Shown: positions 46,907-57,893, counted from the first letter of the stretch. The stretch: DNA of 64,000 nt from Syntrophobacterales bacterium (GCA_037441775.1 JBBIRO010000007.1:46197-110196), one strand, 5' to 3'. Numbers and translations are program-made. Notes: generated by a model from the letters alone, not told the origin.

Positions 46907-48270
46907 GCGAAGTATTCTAGCTTGACCATCAGCAGCTTTTCCACCTGTGCCAAGGCAGAGCGCGGCGTGAAGACTATGACGTGATCTCCTGGAATGATCA
47001 CCGAATTGCCATCAGGTATGATAACTTCGTCTCCGCGCGCAATGGCGCCCACGATTGCGCCTTTGGGGAAATGGATATCCTTGAACGGTTGATTGATGAT
47101 ATCCGAGGTTTCCATGGCGATGAATTCAAACGCCTCCATCTTTTCATCACGAAGCTGGGTGGCGGAAATGATTTTCCCCCGGCGGAAAAAATGTAAAATC
47201 TTGCTGATGGCCGCTCCCCGTGGGTTTATAACCCCATCGATTCCTGCCGCGGTAACCAGAGGAATATAATCCATCCTGCTGATAAGAGAGATTACCTTTT
47301 TTGCTCCCAGCTGTTTGGCCAGAAGCGCCCCCAAAATGTTTGCCTCTTCATCATTGGTGACGGCCATGAAGAAGTCGGTCCCCTGGATGTTTTCCTGTTT
47401 GAGGAGCTCTTGACTGGTGCCATCACCGTGAAGGATGATCGCTTTATCAAGCCGAGAGGCCAAAAACTCGCAGCGTTCCTTGCTTTTTTCAATCACGCGG
47501 GTGGTAATTTCTTTTTTCTCAATCAGTTCAGCCAGCATCAATCCCATGGCGCCGCCACCGGAAATGATAACCCGCCGGGGAGTTCCCGTGTCTTTACCGA
47601 AAATACCGAGGACCTTCCTGACGGCGCTGGTTTCTGTGGCAATAAATATGTAATCATGGGGAAAAATCAGCGATTCACCGGAGGGGACTATCAGTTCATT
47701 ATTGCGAATGATCGAGGAGATGAGAACCTTAACATCCCGGTATTCCTGCCTTAACTCCCAGATCTTTTTTCCTGAATGAGCGTACTTTTCGTCGATCGAA
47801 AACCCCAGCAATTTGATCTTGTCCTCGGCAAAAGAGAATATTTCGGACGCCCCCGGATATTCGATGAGGCCCATCACATTTTTGGCGGCCTCCAGTTCGG
47901 GGTTGATGCACAGATCGATATTGAGGTGATTTTTATCTAACAGCAGGGCATTGCTGGACAGCTCAGGGTTGCGGATTCGGGCGATTCGTAGTGGAATCTG
48001 GGACTGGGTCGAGGCTAAAAGACAGGCAATCATGTTGGTTTCATCGCTGTCGGTGAGCGCAACGACCATGTCGGCGCGATTCAGCCTGGCCTTACGCAAT
48101 ATTTCCGTGCTGCTTCCGCTGCCGTGGATGGTCTGTACGTCCAGGCTGTCAGAGATGTTGCTGAGCCGCTGCTCATCTCTATCGATGACCACCACATCCT
48201 TGCCTTCCAGGGAAAGCGTCTGGGCGATATGAAATCCTATTTCTCCGGCGCCGATAATTATAATTCTCAT
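46903..48270 (-). CDS. trkA: Trk system potassium uptake protein TrkA (tandem RCK/NAD-binding)
   Basis: MRIIIIGAGEIG and a second ISGGGAMG Rossmann motif. 455 aa, with a 4-nt overlap with trkH. Confidence 0.9.
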   Translation of the reverse strand: MRIIIIGAGEIGFHIAQTLSLEGKDVVVIDRDEQRLSNISDSLDVQTIHGSGSSTEILRKARLNRADMVVALTDSDETNMIACLLASTQSQIPLRIARIRNPELSSNALLLDKNHLNIDLCINPELEAAKNVMGLIEYPGASEIFSFAEDKIKLLGFSIDEKYAHSGKKIWELRQEYRDVKVLISSIIRNNELIVPSGESLIFPHDYIFIATETSAVRKVLGIFGKDTGTPRRVIISGGGAMGLMLAELIEKKEITTRVIEKSKERCEFLASRLDKAIILHGDGTSQELLKQENIQGTDFFMAVTNDEEANILGALLAKQLGAKKVISLISRMDYIPLVTAAGIDGVINPRGAAISKILHFFRRGKIISATQLRDEKMEAFEFIAMETSDIINQPFKDIHFPKGAIVGAIARGDEVIIPDGNSVIIPGDHVIVFTPRSALAQVEKLLMVKLEYFA

Positions 48271-48291
48271 GCCTACGTATGCTCCGTGACG

Positions 48292-48861
48292 TTATTGAGA
48301 TCCAGTGCCTTGCACAAGACTAACATGGAGTTCTTCCCCAATGTTATGGTTTTGCTGGAAGCGATGCACCCCCAAAACGGCCTCATCCAGAAAGGCCTGA
48401 TTGATAACAAGGGAAGGAATATCCCCGCGGGAGGCCTCCGGGGCGGACATTGTTTCAAAACAGCCCGTCAAAAGGGCTTCCGTTATCGCCGCCACATCCA
48501 GGCGGGCGCGCGCGGAGGCGGGAATATCAAGGGTAAAATCAGTTCGGAACATTTTCAACATGATGCGGGCCATCTCTCGTCCTGCCTCATAAAAGCGTTC
48601 CTGGGTAGCGGCTCCGCCATCCCCCAACCCATAAATAAGAATAGCCTCCGCGGTTATCCGCTCGGGCTTAAACAAAATACAGGCCTCCCGAAATCCACCG
48701 CTGATCCGCCCGCTGATAATTTCCCGGGAAATCAGACCGTTAAGCCGCCAGTCAATCAAGCCGGCGGCGCCCCGCGGCGGCCTTTCATCGGAAAAAAGGC
48801 CCAGCGCCAAATTGCGGGCCGCAACCCTATCTACTGGAATTGTTGAGATTGTTATCTTCAT
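48292..48861 (-). CDS. stand-alone peptidase-M17 (leucyl aminopeptidase) N-terminal-domain-like protein
   Basis: LALGLFSDERPPRGAAGLIDWRLNGLISREIISGRISGGFREACILFKPERITAEAILIYGLGD follows the PepA N-terminal domain pattern (vvGvFe....a..lD..l.G.l..l...g...Gk.Ge.l.l........llvGlG). No catalytic M17 domain is present. Confidence 0.45.
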   Translation of the reverse strand: MKITISTIPVDRVAARNLALGLFSDERPPRGAAGLIDWRLNGLISREIISGRISGGFREACILFKPERITAEAILIYGLGDGGAATQERFYEAGREMARIMLKMFRTDFTLDIPASARARLDVAAITEALLTGCFETMSAPEASRGDIPSLVINQAFLDEAVLGVHRFQQNHNIGEELHVSLVQGTGSQ

Positions 48862-49270
48862 GATCCGAGCGCAGCCGCAAATATACGGCATCCAGAATCC
48901 CGTTTATAAATGAACTGGAATTTTCTGAGCCATAAAGTTTTCCCAGGTCAATCGCCTCATTTATGGCGACTTTGGGAGGAATATCCGGACAGAAATAGAG
49001 TTCGTAAACGGCCATACGCAGGATAGTCCGGTCCACTCGTGGCATTCGATGGAGCGCCCAGTTCTCCGAGCAGCCGGCAATAGTGGCGTCAATCCGGTTC
49101 TGTTGCTCCCAGGCGCCGATGATCAACTGCGAGGAAAACTCCCGTGATTTCGTGGAGGCCTCAAAGTTATTCCAGAACAATTCTATCGCGCCTGTCGGAT
49201 CGCTTTTCAGCACGTCCAACGCATAGAGCACCTGCAATGCGACCTCTCTGGCCTGTCTTCGTTGCTGCAT
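48827..49270 (-). CDS. nusB: transcription antitermination factor NusB
   Basis: RRQAREVALQVLYALD... is the canonical NusB N-terminus. Lies downstream of ribH, as in many bacteria. Confidence 0.9.
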   Translation of the reverse strand: MQQRRQAREVALQVLYALDVLKSDPTGAIELFWNNFEASTKSREFSSQLIIGAWEQQNRIDATIAGCSENWALHRMPRVDRTILRMAVYELYFCPDIPPKVAINEAIDLGKLYGSENSSSFINGILDAVYLRLRSDHEDNNLNNSSR

Positions 49271-49287
49271 CAAAAGCTGCCCGTCAT

Positions 49288-49460
49288 CATTAACGACTTC
49301 GTAAAAAGTCCGGATGCTTACGTTGCGCTAAATCCATCGTCACTGCTGCGTAGGTAAAGTACGCCTCATTCATTACGGATTTGAGCGCCCCGTCTCAAGA
49401 CCTTTTTGCAAAGCCGTCCTAAATTCATAGTTTTTACGACATTTTACGAGGTCGCCATTA
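49288..49460 (+). repeat. MITE-like element, long copy E, inserted between ribH and nusB
   Basis: Left end CATTAACGACTTCGTAAAAAGTCC. The right end TTTTACGAGGTCGCCATTATC reverse-complements to GATAATGGCGACCTCGTAAAA. The core (AAAGTCCGGATGCTT...TCGTCACT...AGGTAAAGTACGCCTCATT...GATTTGAGCGC) recurs inverted at 62097-62250. Confidence 0.7.
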
Positions 49461-49496
49461 TCCCGCATAAAAAATTACTAAGCACCCCGTCGCCGC

Positions 49497-49964
49497 TCAG
49501 GCAATCTTCCGGAATAGATCAACCATTTCGATCGCCGACATTGCGGCATCCCAGCCCTTGTTGCCGGCCTTGGTGCCGGCCCGCTCGATGGCCTGTTCGA
49601 TATTGTCAGTGGTCAGGACTCCAAAGGCAATCGGAACGCCCGTATCCATTGCCGCCGCGGCTATCCCCTTGGTGACTTCGGCGCTGATATAGTCGAAATG
49701 CGGCGTGGCTCCCCGGATCAATGCGCCGACACAAATTATTGCGTCGAAGCGTCCGCCCTTGGCCAACTTTTGAGCTACCAGCGGCAGCTCGAAGGCGCCG
49801 GGAGTTTTAAATATCTGAATGTCTTTTTCGTCCGCGCCGGCCCGCAAGAGGGCATCCAATGCCCCTTCGGTTAGCCTTGCGGTAATAAAATCGTTGAAGC
49901 GACTGGCCACAACGGCAAATCGCATCCCCTGGGCATTAATGTTACCTTCCTTAATTTGCGGCAT
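49497..49964 (-). CDS. ribH: 6,7-dimethyl-8-ribityllumazine synthase
   Basis: 155 aa with typical RibH motifs: [13 protein letters not shown]...GAFELP...[14 protein letters not shown]. Confidence 0.95.
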   Translation of the reverse strand: MPQIKEGNINAQGMRFAVVASRFNDFITARLTEGALDALLRAGADEKDIQIFKTPGAFELPLVAQKLAKGGRFDAIICVGALIRGATPHFDYISAEVTKGIAAAAMDTGVPIAFGVLTTDNIEQAIERAGTKAGNKGWDAAMSAIEMVDLFRKIA

Positions 49965-50006
49965 ATGACTACTCCCTGGGTTAAGAGGGGATGAACCCCC
50001 TCGGAC

Positions 50007-51209
50007 TCAAATCTGCAAAAGATGACCCATCTTGGTCTTTTTTGTCCTCAGGTAATCTATGTTGTTTCCCCCCGGGGTTATCTCGATGGGGACCCTCTCC
50101 ACAATGCTTATCCCGTATCCCTCCAGCGCCACCAGCTTTTTGGGATTGTTTGTCAAGAGCCGCATTTTTTTTACCCCTAGATCGACCAGTATCTGCGCCC
50201 CTATTCCATAATCCCGCAAATCGGCCTTTAATCCCAGCATCAAATTGGCCTCGACGGTGTCTTTACCCTGCTCCTGCAGGGCGTAAGCGCGGATCTTGTT
50301 GATCAGGCCTATCCCTCTTCCCTCCTGATGCATGTAAACGATGACCCCCTTCCCTTCCTGGCCCACCATCTCCATGGCTTTTTTAATCTGGTCGCCGCAG
50401 TCGCACCGCTCCGAACCAAAAACGTCACCGGTGAGGCATTCGGAATGGACCCGCACCAGCACTTCATCATCCGGCCCGATATCCCCCTTGACCAGGGCCA
50501 CATGCTTCATGTCGTCCACTTCATTTTCGTAAACCATAATATTGAATTCACCGCCGAAACGGCTGGGGATAACCGCCTGGGCCGCCCGTTTTATCAGTGA
50601 TTCATGCTGCAAACGGAAATCAACCAGATCGGCAATGGTGGCGATTTTCAACTGATGCTCCCGGGCGAATATCTCCAGATCCGGCATCCGGGCCATGGTG
50701 CCGTCATCTTTCATGATTTCGCAGATGACCCCGGCCGGTTCCAGTCCCGCCAGCCGCGCCAGATCTACAGAGCCTTCGGTCTGGCCGGTCCTGACCAAGA
50801 CCCCCCCCTTGCGGGCGCGAATGGGAAATACATGGCCGGGGCTGACCAGGTCTTCCGGTTTCGCTCCGGGGGCAACGGCTGCTTTGATGGTCGTGGCCCG
50901 GTCTGCTGATGAGATGCCGGTGGTTACCCCTCTTTTGGCCTCAATGGAGACCGTGAACGCCGTTCCGAAAGGAGAGCGATTATCCTGAACCATGGGCCGC
51001 AGACCCAGCCTGTCCGCCGCTTCCTCGTTTAACGTAAGACAGATTAAACCCCGGCCATAGCGAGCCATGAAGTTGACCGCCTCCGGGGTAACGAATTGAG
51101 CGGCCATACAAAGGTCGCCCTCGTTTTCCCGATCCTCATCATCAACCAGGATAATCATTTTCCCCTGTTTTATATCATCTATAACTTCCTTGATGGGGCT
51201 TGAGCCCAT
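50007..51209 (-). CDS. ribBA: bifunctional 3,4-dihydroxy-2-butanone-4-phosphate synthase / GTP cyclohydrolase II
   Basis: [11 protein letters not shown] (RibB) and the [21 protein letters not shown] zinc motif (RibA). The ATG at 51209 lies just after the ribE stop. Confidence 0.95.
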   Translation of the reverse strand: MGSSPIKEVIDDIKQGKMIILVDDEDRENEGDLCMAAQFVTPEAVNFMARYGRGLICLTLNEEAADRLGLRPMVQDNRSPFGTAFTVSIEAKRGVTTGISSADRATTIKAAVAPGAKPEDLVSPGHVFPIRARKGGVLVRTGQTEGSVDLARLAGLEPAGVICEIMKDDGTMARMPDLEIFAREHQLKIATIADLVDFRLQHESLIKRAAQAVIPSRFGGEFNIMVYENEVDDMKHVALVKGDIGPDDEVLVRVHSECLTGDVFGSERCDCGDQIKKAMEMVGQEGKGVIVYMHQEGRGIGLINKIRAYALQEQGKDTVEANLMLGLKADLRDYGIGAQILVDLGVKKMRLLTNNPKKLVALEGYGISIVERVPIEITPGGNNIDYLRTKKTKMGHLLQI

Positions 51210-51213
51210 ATTG

Positions 51214-51861
51214 CTACTCCTCTGTCCTTCGATTCCCCGGAAATAATTCTTCCAGTTGCTTATGGCTGGGCAGGCTGTTGCCCAGCAGTTTCTCAACGTA
51301 TTTTCCTATTATATCCATCTCCAGATTTACCAGGGCGCCGACATTTTTTGTCCCCAGCGTGGTAGTCCGGGCGGTGTGCGGGATGATGTTAACATAAAAG
51401 CTGCTACCACGGCATTCATTAATCGTAAGACTCGCGCCGTCGATGGTTATCGAGCCCTTGTCCACTATAAGGCGGCCCAGATTTGCGGGGACTTCACAGC
51501 CTAAAATTATGCCGCCGCTTCTCTCTTTCCGCTCTCTGATCTTACCTAGGCCGTCCACATGACCCAAAACCAGATGGCCGCCGAGAAAATCGCCCACCCG
51601 CAGGGCCTTCTCCAGATTTACCCGGTCGCCGGGCGAAAGGAGCTTCAGGTTTGTCCGGGAGATGGTTTCGGCGGATACATCCGCCGTGAAAACCTGGTTT
51701 CCCTTTCCGGTGACCGTAAGGCAGGCGCCGTTAACCGCCAGGCTGTCGCCGATTGCAACATCGCTTAAGTCCAGTGCGGTCTTAACCTCCAGGCGGGAGT
51801 CCGCACCCCGGCGGTTAACTGCTTTAATCGTTCCCTGATCCCTGACTATGCCCGTAAACAT
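51214..51861 (-). CDS. ribE: riboflavin synthase alpha chain
   Basis: MFTGIV... N-terminus and an internal duplicated barrel ([13 protein letters not shown] / [12 protein letters not shown]). Confidence 0.9.
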   Translation of the reverse strand: MFTGIVRDQGTIKAVNRRGADSRLEVKTALDLSDVAIGDSLAVNGACLTVTGKGNQVFTADVSAETISRTNLKLLSPGDRVNLEKALRVGDFLGGHLVLGHVDGLGKIRERKERSGGIILGCEVPANLGRLIVDKGSITIDGASLTINECRGSSFYVNIIPHTARTTTLGTKNVGALVNLEMDIIGKYVEKLLGNSLPSHKQLEELFPGNRRTEE

Positions 51862-51879
51862 TATAACTCCTCAGGGAAT

Positions 51880-52335
51880 TTACTTCTCCTGAATCAGCGC
51901 CTTGATTTCATCGAGAAATTCATTTACGTCCCTGAAATCGCGATATACCGAGGCAAACCGAACATAGGCGACGGCGTCTAGTTTGCGCAGCTCATCCATA
52001 ACCTTTTCCCCGATTACGGTTGAGGGAACCTCCCGGGCCGGATATTCCTGGCAAGCCTTCTCCACGTTGTCGGTGCAATTCTCGATCGCCTCAATCCCGA
52101 TAGGTCTCTTTTCGCAGGCCTTTTTCACGCCCGTTATGAGTTTGGTGCGATCGAATGACTCCCGGCGGCCATCCTTCTTGATCACCATCGGCAGGATTTC
52201 TTCGACAAATTCGTGGGTGGTGAAACGTTTCCCGCAGGCCAGGCATTCCCTTCTCCGCCTAATGGCGCTATTGTCCTTATTCAGCCGGGAATCTATAACC
52301 CGGTTATCGCCATGGGCGCAGAAGGGACATTTCAT
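51880..52335 (-). CDS. nrdR: transcriptional repressor NrdR
   Basis: [18 protein letters not shown]...[11 protein letters not shown] zinc ribbon plus an ATP-cone. Confidence 0.95.
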   Translation of the reverse strand: MKCPFCAHGDNRVIDSRLNKDNSAIRRRRECLACGKRFTTHEFVEEILPMVIKKDGRRESFDRTKLITGVKKACEKRPIGIEAIENCTDNVEKACQEYPAREVPSTVIGEKVMDELRKLDAVAYVRFASVYRDFRDVNEFLDEIKALIQEK

Positions 52336-52817
52336 AGTTGCGACACCTCGATGGCGCCTTCGGCCAGAATGTCTTTGGCCAGACTGTCCATGTAGCCCTC
52401 ATTGAATATGATTTCGACAATGCCGGCGTTGATCAGCATTTTGGCGCAGATGATACAAGGATGATTGGTGCAGAAAAGGATGGCCCCCTTGACGCTAACC
52501 CCATGCAATGCCGCTTGAATAATGGCGTTTTGTTCGGCGTGGAGTCCCCAGCATAGCTCATGCCTTTCGCCGGAAGGAATATTCATCTCATCTCTCAGGC
52601 AACCCCGATCGAGACAGTGCTGCAAGCCGGTGGGGGCACCGTTGTAACCGGTGGCCAGGATGCGCTTTTCCCGGACCAGCACTGCACCCACCGCCCGGCG
52701 CCGACAGGTGCTGCGCCTGGCCACCAGTTGGGCGATATCCATAAAGTACTCCGCCCAGTGAGGGCGAGGATTCGCTTTTGCTGAAGCAGATCCGAATATT
52801 TCTATTTCTTTGCTCAT
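52332..52817 (-). CDS. deoxycytidylate (dCMP) deaminase, ComEB-like
   Basis: CDA zinc motifs HAEQNAI and [13 protein letters not shown]. 161 aa. Confidence 0.85.
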   Translation of the reverse strand: MSKEIEIFGSASAKANPRPHWAEYFMDIAQLVARRSTCRRRAVGAVLVREKRILATGYNGAPTGLQHCLDRGCLRDEMNIPSGERHELCWGLHAEQNAIIQAALHGVSVKGAILFCTNHPCIICAKMLINAGIVEIIFNEGYMDSLAKDILAEGAIEVSQL

Positions 52818-52837
52818 TTTTATTCTATCGGCCGAAA

Positions 52838-54151
52838 TTATCCGCCCGCGCTTGCCGCCAGTTCCGCGGTTTCTTTAGCGCCGGCCGGTGACAATCCTGT
52901 GCGACCGGACAGGCGTTGCGGGTAGAGGGGAAACCGCTCGCAAAGCCTAGAAACCTCTTGTCTGACCTCTTTAATCTTTTCGAGATTGGCCGCGTTTTTC
53001 AGTATTATCGCCACCAGGTCAGCGATGATCCGCATTTCCTGTTCCCTCATTCCCCTGGTGGTAACAGCCGGGGTGCCCAGTCTGATGCCACTGGTTAGCT
53101 GGGGAGTCAGCGGGTCATAGGGGATGCTGTTTCTGTTGGCGGTTATTCCGGCCTTGTCGAGGGCCTCCTGGGCGGATCGGCCGTTAATGCCGCAAGAAGT
53201 CAAGTCGATCAGGATCAGATGATTGTCGGTTCCGCCGGATACCAGCCGGAATCCGGCGGCCGCTAACGCCTCGCCCAGCGCCCGGGCGTTTTTAAGGATC
53301 TGTGATTGGTATTGCCGAAAGGCGTCCGTGCTGGCCTCTTTGAAGGCCACCGCCTTGGCGGCGATGATATGCATTAGCGGCCCCCCCTGCATTCCCGGAA
53401 ACACCCTGCTGTCCAGGAGCTTGCCGAACTTCTGCTGGCACATGACCAAGCCTCCCCGTGGACCCCGCAGAGTTTTATGGGTGGTGGAGGTGACAAACTC
53501 GCATACCCCAACCGGAGAGGGATGAAGACCCGCTGCCACCAGGCCGATAATGTGGGCGATATCGGCCATGATCATCGCTCCGTAGCGGTCGGCAATTTCC
53601 CTGAAGCAGCCAAAATCAATGATTCGCGGATAGGAACTGGCGCCGACCACGATCAGTTTCGGGCGATGGCGCCTGGCCATATCCTCGACTTCATTGAAAT
53701 CAATCTGTTCCGTTTGCCGATTTACGCCATAAAAGACACTCTGGTAGAGTTTTCCCGAAAAGCTCGCCGGGCTACCGTGGGAGAGGTGACCGCCGTGGGT
53801 AAGGTTCATCCCTAAAATGGTATCCCCCTGGTTGAGCAGGGTAAAGTAAACCGCCATGTTGGCCTGTACGCCGGAATGGGGCTGAACATTTACATGTTCC
53901 GCACCAAAGATTTCCTTGCAGCGTTCAATCGCCAGCGATTCAACAATATCAACAAATTCACAACCGCCGTAGTAACGGGCTTGCGGATAACCCTCGGCAT
54001 ATTTATTGGTCATGACGCTTCCCTGGGCTTCCAGCACGGCTTCGCTGACGAAGTTTTCTGAGGCGATTAGCTCGAGCTTTTCCGCCTGACGCTTTGTTTC
54101 TTTTATAATTGCCCAGGCAACTTCGGGATCGCTATTCATAAGGTGGGACAT
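52838..54151 (-). CDS. glyA: serine hydroxymethyltransferase
   Basis: [11 protein letters not shown] and [17 protein letters not shown]-lysine motif. Slightly extended C-terminus. Confidence 0.97.
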   Translation of the reverse strand: MSHLMNSDPEVAWAIIKETKRQAEKLELIASENFVSEAVLEAQGSVMTNKYAEGYPQARYYGGCEFVDIVESLAIERCKEIFGAEHVNVQPHSGVQANMAVYFTLLNQGDTILGMNLTHGGHLSHGSPASFSGKLYQSVFYGVNRQTEQIDFNEVEDMARRHRPKLIVVGASSYPRIIDFGCFREIADRYGAMIMADIAHIIGLVAAGLHPSPVGVCEFVTSTTHKTLRGPRGGLVMCQQKFGKLLDSRVFPGMQGGPLMHIIAAKAVAFKEASTDAFRQYQSQILKNARALGEALAAAGFRLVSGGTDNHLILIDLTSCGINGRSAQEALDKAGITANRNSIPYDPLTPQLTSGIRLGTPAVTTRGMREQEMRIIADLVAIILKNAANLEKIKEVRQEVSRLCERFPLYPQRLSGRTGLSPAGAKETAELAASAGG

Positions 54152-54639
54152 TGGCGCTCCTTGCTTTCAACTCTTTGTGTTAACTGGCCGAGCTGTTTTT
54201 CTATTTGTGTAATCTTATCCAGCCGGCGGGCGTGGCGGCCGGACTCAAACGGAGTGTCCAACCAGACGCTAGTTATCTTAAGGGCTGTTTTATCAATAGT
54301 CATCTTCCCGGCCAAAACCAGGATGTTCGTATCGTTGTGTAATCGGCTCATCAGGGCGGTTTCTTCATCCCGGGCGAGCACAGCCCGGACGCCGGGGAAT
54401 CTGTTGGCCACAATAGACATCCCCACCCCGGAGGCGCAGATAAGAATGCCGCGGCTGAATTCGCCCCTTGAGACAGCGGTGGCCACTGGCGCGCCAAAGT
54501 CCGGATAATCTACTGACGCATCCCCGTGGGTGCCGACATCGATCACTTCGAACCCGTTTTCTTCCAAATGCCGCTTTATTCTTTCCTTCAGAGCAAACCC
54601 GGCGTGATCCGCCCCGATGATGATCCTTGGCGCCTCCAT
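54136..54639 (-). CDS. rpiB: ribose 5-phosphate isomerase B
   Basis: [14 protein letters not shown]...[17 protein letters not shown] are typical RpiB/LacAB motifs. A C-terminal tail of about 20 aa overlaps the glyA start. Confidence 0.9.
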   Translation of the reverse strand: MEAPRIIIGADHAGFALKERIKRHLEENGFEVIDVGTHGDASVDYPDFGAPVATAVSRGEFSRGILICASGVGMSIVANRFPGVRAVLARDEETALMSRLHNDTNILVLAGKMTIDKTALKITSVWLDTPFESGRHARRLDKITQIEKQLGQLTQRVESKERQCPTL

Positions 54640-54642
54640 ATC

Positions 54643-55884
54643 TTAACCTTCAAATTTTCTGAAAACCAAAACCGCATTAGCCCCGCCAAAACCGAAACTG
54701 TTGGACATGGCGGTCCGGATTGCAGCTTTGCGGGCTAGGTGAGGCACATAATCCAGATCGCACAGCGGATCCGGATTATCAAGGTTAATAGTGGCTGGAA
54801 TAAGACCCTCGTAAATTGCCTTTGCCGCAAATATCGCCTCGACTGCTCCTGTAGCTCCCAGCATATGACCGGTCATTGATTTGGTCGATGATACGGAAAG
54901 ATTTCGGGCATGCTCGGCAAATATGGTCTTAATGGCCTCCGTTTCGTAGGCATCATTAATCTCGGTGGAGGTGCCGTGGGCATTGATATATTCCATCTCT
55001 TCGGGTTCCATGCCCGCATCCTTGAGCGCCAGCCTCATGCAATGGGCGGCGCCGGCATGGCCGGGGGGTGGCGCCGCCATGTGATAGGCGTCGCTGGTAG
55101 TTGCATAACCGGCAAGCTCGGCGTAAATCCTGGCCCCCCGGTCGAGGGCCCGGCTGAACTCTTCTAATATGACGATGCCGGCGCCTTCGCTGATGACAAA
55201 ACCGTCCCTTTTCAAGTCAAAAGGCCGGCTGGCCTTCTCAGGCTGGTCGTTTAAAGTCGAGATTGCGCGCATGGCATTAAATCCGGCCACGCTCAAAGAG
55301 CAGATTGCCGCTTCGGCGCCGCCGGTAATCATCGCATCGGCATCGCCCCGCGAGATAACTCTTGCTGCCTCGCCGATGGCATTGGTGCCGGCTGCGCATG
55401 CCGTGACCGTGCAGTTAATGGGCCCCTTGGCGCCGTGTTTTATGGACACCTGACCGGCTGCCAGGTTACAAAGAGATCCGGGAATGGTAAAGGGGGACAT
55501 CTTATCGGGGCCACCCTGACTAACGGCCAGTTTTGCCCGTTCCATCGTGGCCAGCCCCCCGATGGCCGATCCAATGATAACGCCGGTGCGCTCGGCGTTT
55601 CGGTCATTGATGATCAAACCGGCGTCTTCCACGGCCATAGCCGCCGCGGCCAGGGCGTAGATAATAAAATCGTCATAACGGCGGAGCTCTTTTCTGTGAA
55701 TGAAAAGCAGGGGGTCAAAACCCTTGAGCTCGCCGGCGATTCTTGTCTCATAGGAACTGCAGTCAAACTTGGTGATGATACCAATCCCCGAGCGGCCGGC
55801 CGCAATTCCCTGCCAGGTCTCCTCCAGCGAATTTCCCAAAGGCGTCACCGCGCCCAGGCCGGTAATAACAACCCGTCTTTTCAC
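54643..55884 (-). CDS. fabF: 3-oxoacyl-[acyl-carrier-protein] synthase II
   Basis: 413 aa with the active-site ACAAG Cys, HGTST and GHMLGATG motifs. Confidence 0.95.
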   Translation of the reverse strand: MKRRVVITGLGAVTPLGNSLEETWQGIAAGRSGIGIITKFDCSSYETRIAGELKGFDPLLFIHRKELRRYDDFIIYALAAAAMAVEDAGLIINDRNAERTGVIIGSAIGGLATMERAKLAVSQGGPDKMSPFTIPGSLCNLAAGQVSIKHGAKGPINCTVTACAAGTNAIGEAARVISRGDADAMITGGAEAAICSLSVAGFNAMRAISTLNDQPEKASRPFDLKRDGFVISEGAGIVILEEFSRALDRGARIYAELAGYATTSDAYHMAAPPPGHAGAAHCMRLALKDAGMEPEEMEYINAHGTSTEINDAYETEAIKTIFAEHARNLSVSSTKSMTGHMLGATGAVEAIFAAKAIYEGLIPATINLDNPDPLCDLDYVPHLARKAAIRTAMSNSFGFGGANAVLVFRKFEG

Positions 55885-55906
55885 TGTGTAACTCCTTGCC
55901 AGCGCC

Positions 55907-56143
55907 TCAGGCGGCTTTCTTTCTTTTGATGAAATCTGTTATGTCCTGGATGGTGCGAATTTTTTCCAGCTCTTCATCGGTTATTTTGATGCCGAAGTTT
56001 TCTTCCAGTTCCATAATCAACTCAACGAGGTCGAGCGAGTCGGCGCCCAAATCTTCGATGAAAGAGGCATCCGGGGTGCATTCCTCCCTGGTCACCTCCA
56101 GTTGTTCCATGATTACTACAATAACCTGTTCCTCTATGGTCAT
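55907..56143 (-). CDS. acpP: acyl carrier protein
   Basis: 78 aa with the [17 protein letters not shown] phosphopantetheine-Ser motif. Confidence 0.95.
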   Translation of the reverse strand: MTIEEQVIVVIMEQLEVTREECTPDASFIEDLGADSLDLVELIMELEENFGIKITDEELEKIRTIQDITDFIKRKKAA

Positions 56144-56180
56144 ACCATATCCCTCCCCGTAAAATAGTGAACATCTTGCA

Positions 56181-56936
56181 TTACATATAGAGGCCGCCGT
56201 TGACGCGGATTATCTGCCCGGTAATGTATCCGGCCTCTTCGGATGACAGAAAGGCTACCAAATTGGCCACATCCTCGGGCGTTCCCGATCGGCCCAGGGG
56301 TATCTGGCTTAAAATCTTGCTCCTTTCCCCTTCCGCCAGCCGGTTAGTCAACTCAGTCTGGATAAACCCGGGGGAAACGGCGTTGATACAAATATTCCGT
56401 CCTCCCAATTCCTTGGCAAGCGAAGTTGTAAGGCCTAAAACGGCCGACTTGGTCGCGGCATATGCCGACTGACCGGCGTTTCCCCCCTCGGCCACCACGG
56501 AGGTTATGGTTATTATCCTTCCCCAGCGCTGCCTGATCATCGGTTTAACCGCGGCCTGACAACAGTTAAACGTTCCTTTGATGTTCGTGGCTATCATTTT
56601 ATCCAGGTTATCCTTTTGCATTCTGACAAGGAGGCTGTCATGGTTAACCCCGGCGTTGTTAACCAGAATATCCAAACGCCCCCGCTGCGCCAAAATGTTC
56701 TTAACCAGGGAAGTCACTCCTTCATGGTCGGCAACATCACAGTGGCACAGAGCCCCCTCGCCCCCGGCCGCCCTTACTATCTCCAGGGTTTCCCGGGCAT
56801 TATCCTCTCCGCGCAGATAATTGATATATGTAAAGACGCCACGCCGGGCGAGTTTCAATACTATGGCCCGACCGATGCCCCGGGAACCTCCGGTAACCAA
56901 GGCTACCCTGTTTGTTTCGAGCGCGCATTCATCCAT
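56181..56936 (-). CDS. fabG: 3-oxoacyl-[acyl-carrier-protein] reductase
   Basis: SDR motifs [13 protein letters not shown] and YAATKSAV. The ATG at 56936 is preferred over the longer track ORF. Confidence 0.9.
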   Translation of the reverse strand: MDECALETNRVALVTGGSRGIGRAIVLKLARRGVFTYINYLRGEDNARETLEIVRAAGGEGALCHCDVADHEGVTSLVKNILAQRGRLDILVNNAGVNHDSLLVRMQKDNLDKMIATNIKGTFNCCQAAVKPMIRQRWGRIITITSVVAEGGNAGQSAYAATKSAVLGLTTSLAKELGGRNICINAVSPGFIQTELTNRLAEGERSKILSQIPLGRSGTPEDVANLVAFLSSEEAGYITGQIIRVNGGLYM

Positions 56937-57870
56937 TGAAATAAGCCTGGGCTCGATCCAGCGATGGCCCATCTTCCACGAAAAACAGCCTGATATCAGG
57001 GGCGATCCTTTTGATCAGGTTTACCAATGTCCGCTTTGGCCCCAGTTCCACTATCGTATCTACTCCCAAAGATGCCATTTTCTCAATTGTTTCTTGCCAC
57101 CGGACGGGCTGGGTAATCTGCCGCAGCAATAGCTTAGCGCCAATTTCCCGCGTGTAAAAAAGCTTGGGCGCGCAATTTGGGATTACCGGACAGCTGCCGT
57201 CGCGAAAATCTATTGACGTGATATGGGTCTCCAATGACTCGGCCGCACCCGTCAATAACTCGCAGTGGCAGGGAACGCTGATGGGCAACCGGACCACCTT
57301 CACGCCGGGCCTGGTTGCGGCCAGGGCGATAAGCCGATCGAGCCCCAAAACATCACCGGAAACCACGGTCTGCCCCGGAGCGTTGATGATGGAAACAAAA
57401 ACCTTTCCGCCGTCATTGGCGGCGGCGGCGCACAGATCGGCTGCTTCAACTCCGTCCAATCCCAGAATGGCTGCCATGCCTCCCTGGCCTAGCGGCATCG
57501 CTTCCTGGTGATACCTGGCCCGGGCCTCAACCAGGGGAAATACCTGACGGGCGTCGATAATTCCCGCCGCCGTCAGGGCAGCATATTCACCGACACTGTG
57601 CCCGGCCATCACTTCCGGCGTCACGGCTACCATTTCGGCAAATAATCGATATATAGCCAGATTACACGTCAGAACCGCCAGTTGGGTATTCTCCGTAAGA
57701 TCGAGCAGTTCCCGGGGGCCGTCACAACACAACCGGGCTAGATCGAGTTTCAGTATCTCTGAAGCCTCGTCAAAAACGTCCCTTACGGTCTGATAGCCCC
57801 GGTACAGCTCTCGACCCATTCCCACGTGTTGTGTCCCTTGACCGGGGAACACCAAGGCAACCCTTGCCAT
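56929..57870 (-). CDS. fabD: malonyl CoA-acyl carrier protein transacylase
   Basis: MARVALVFPGQGTQHVGMG N-terminus and GHSVGEY active-site Ser. The upstream extension in the track ORF overlaps rpmF and is rejected. Confidence 0.9.
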   Translation of the reverse strand: MARVALVFPGQGTQHVGMGRELYRGYQTVRDVFDEASEILKLDLARLCCDGPRELLDLTENTQLAVLTCNLAIYRLFAEMVAVTPEVMAGHSVGEYAALTAAGIIDARQVFPLVEARARYHQEAMPLGQGGMAAILGLDGVEAADLCAAAANDGGKVFVSIINAPGQTVVSGDVLGLDRLIALAATRPGVKVVRLPISVPCHCELLTGAAESLETHITSIDFRDGSCPVIPNCAPKLFYTREIGAKLLLRQITQPVRWQETIEKMASLGVDTIVELGPKRTLVNLIKRIAPDIRLFFVEDGPSLDRAQAYFNG

Positions 57871-57893
57871 GTCTATTGTCTCTAGCCAGTGGC

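Noticed and set aside
51862-51879. FMN riboswitch upstream of the rib genes.
   Set aside because: The nrdR-ribE spacer is only 18 bp. The ribH-nusB spacer is occupied by the repeat element and lacks the conserved FMN-element core as far as I can recognise by eye.
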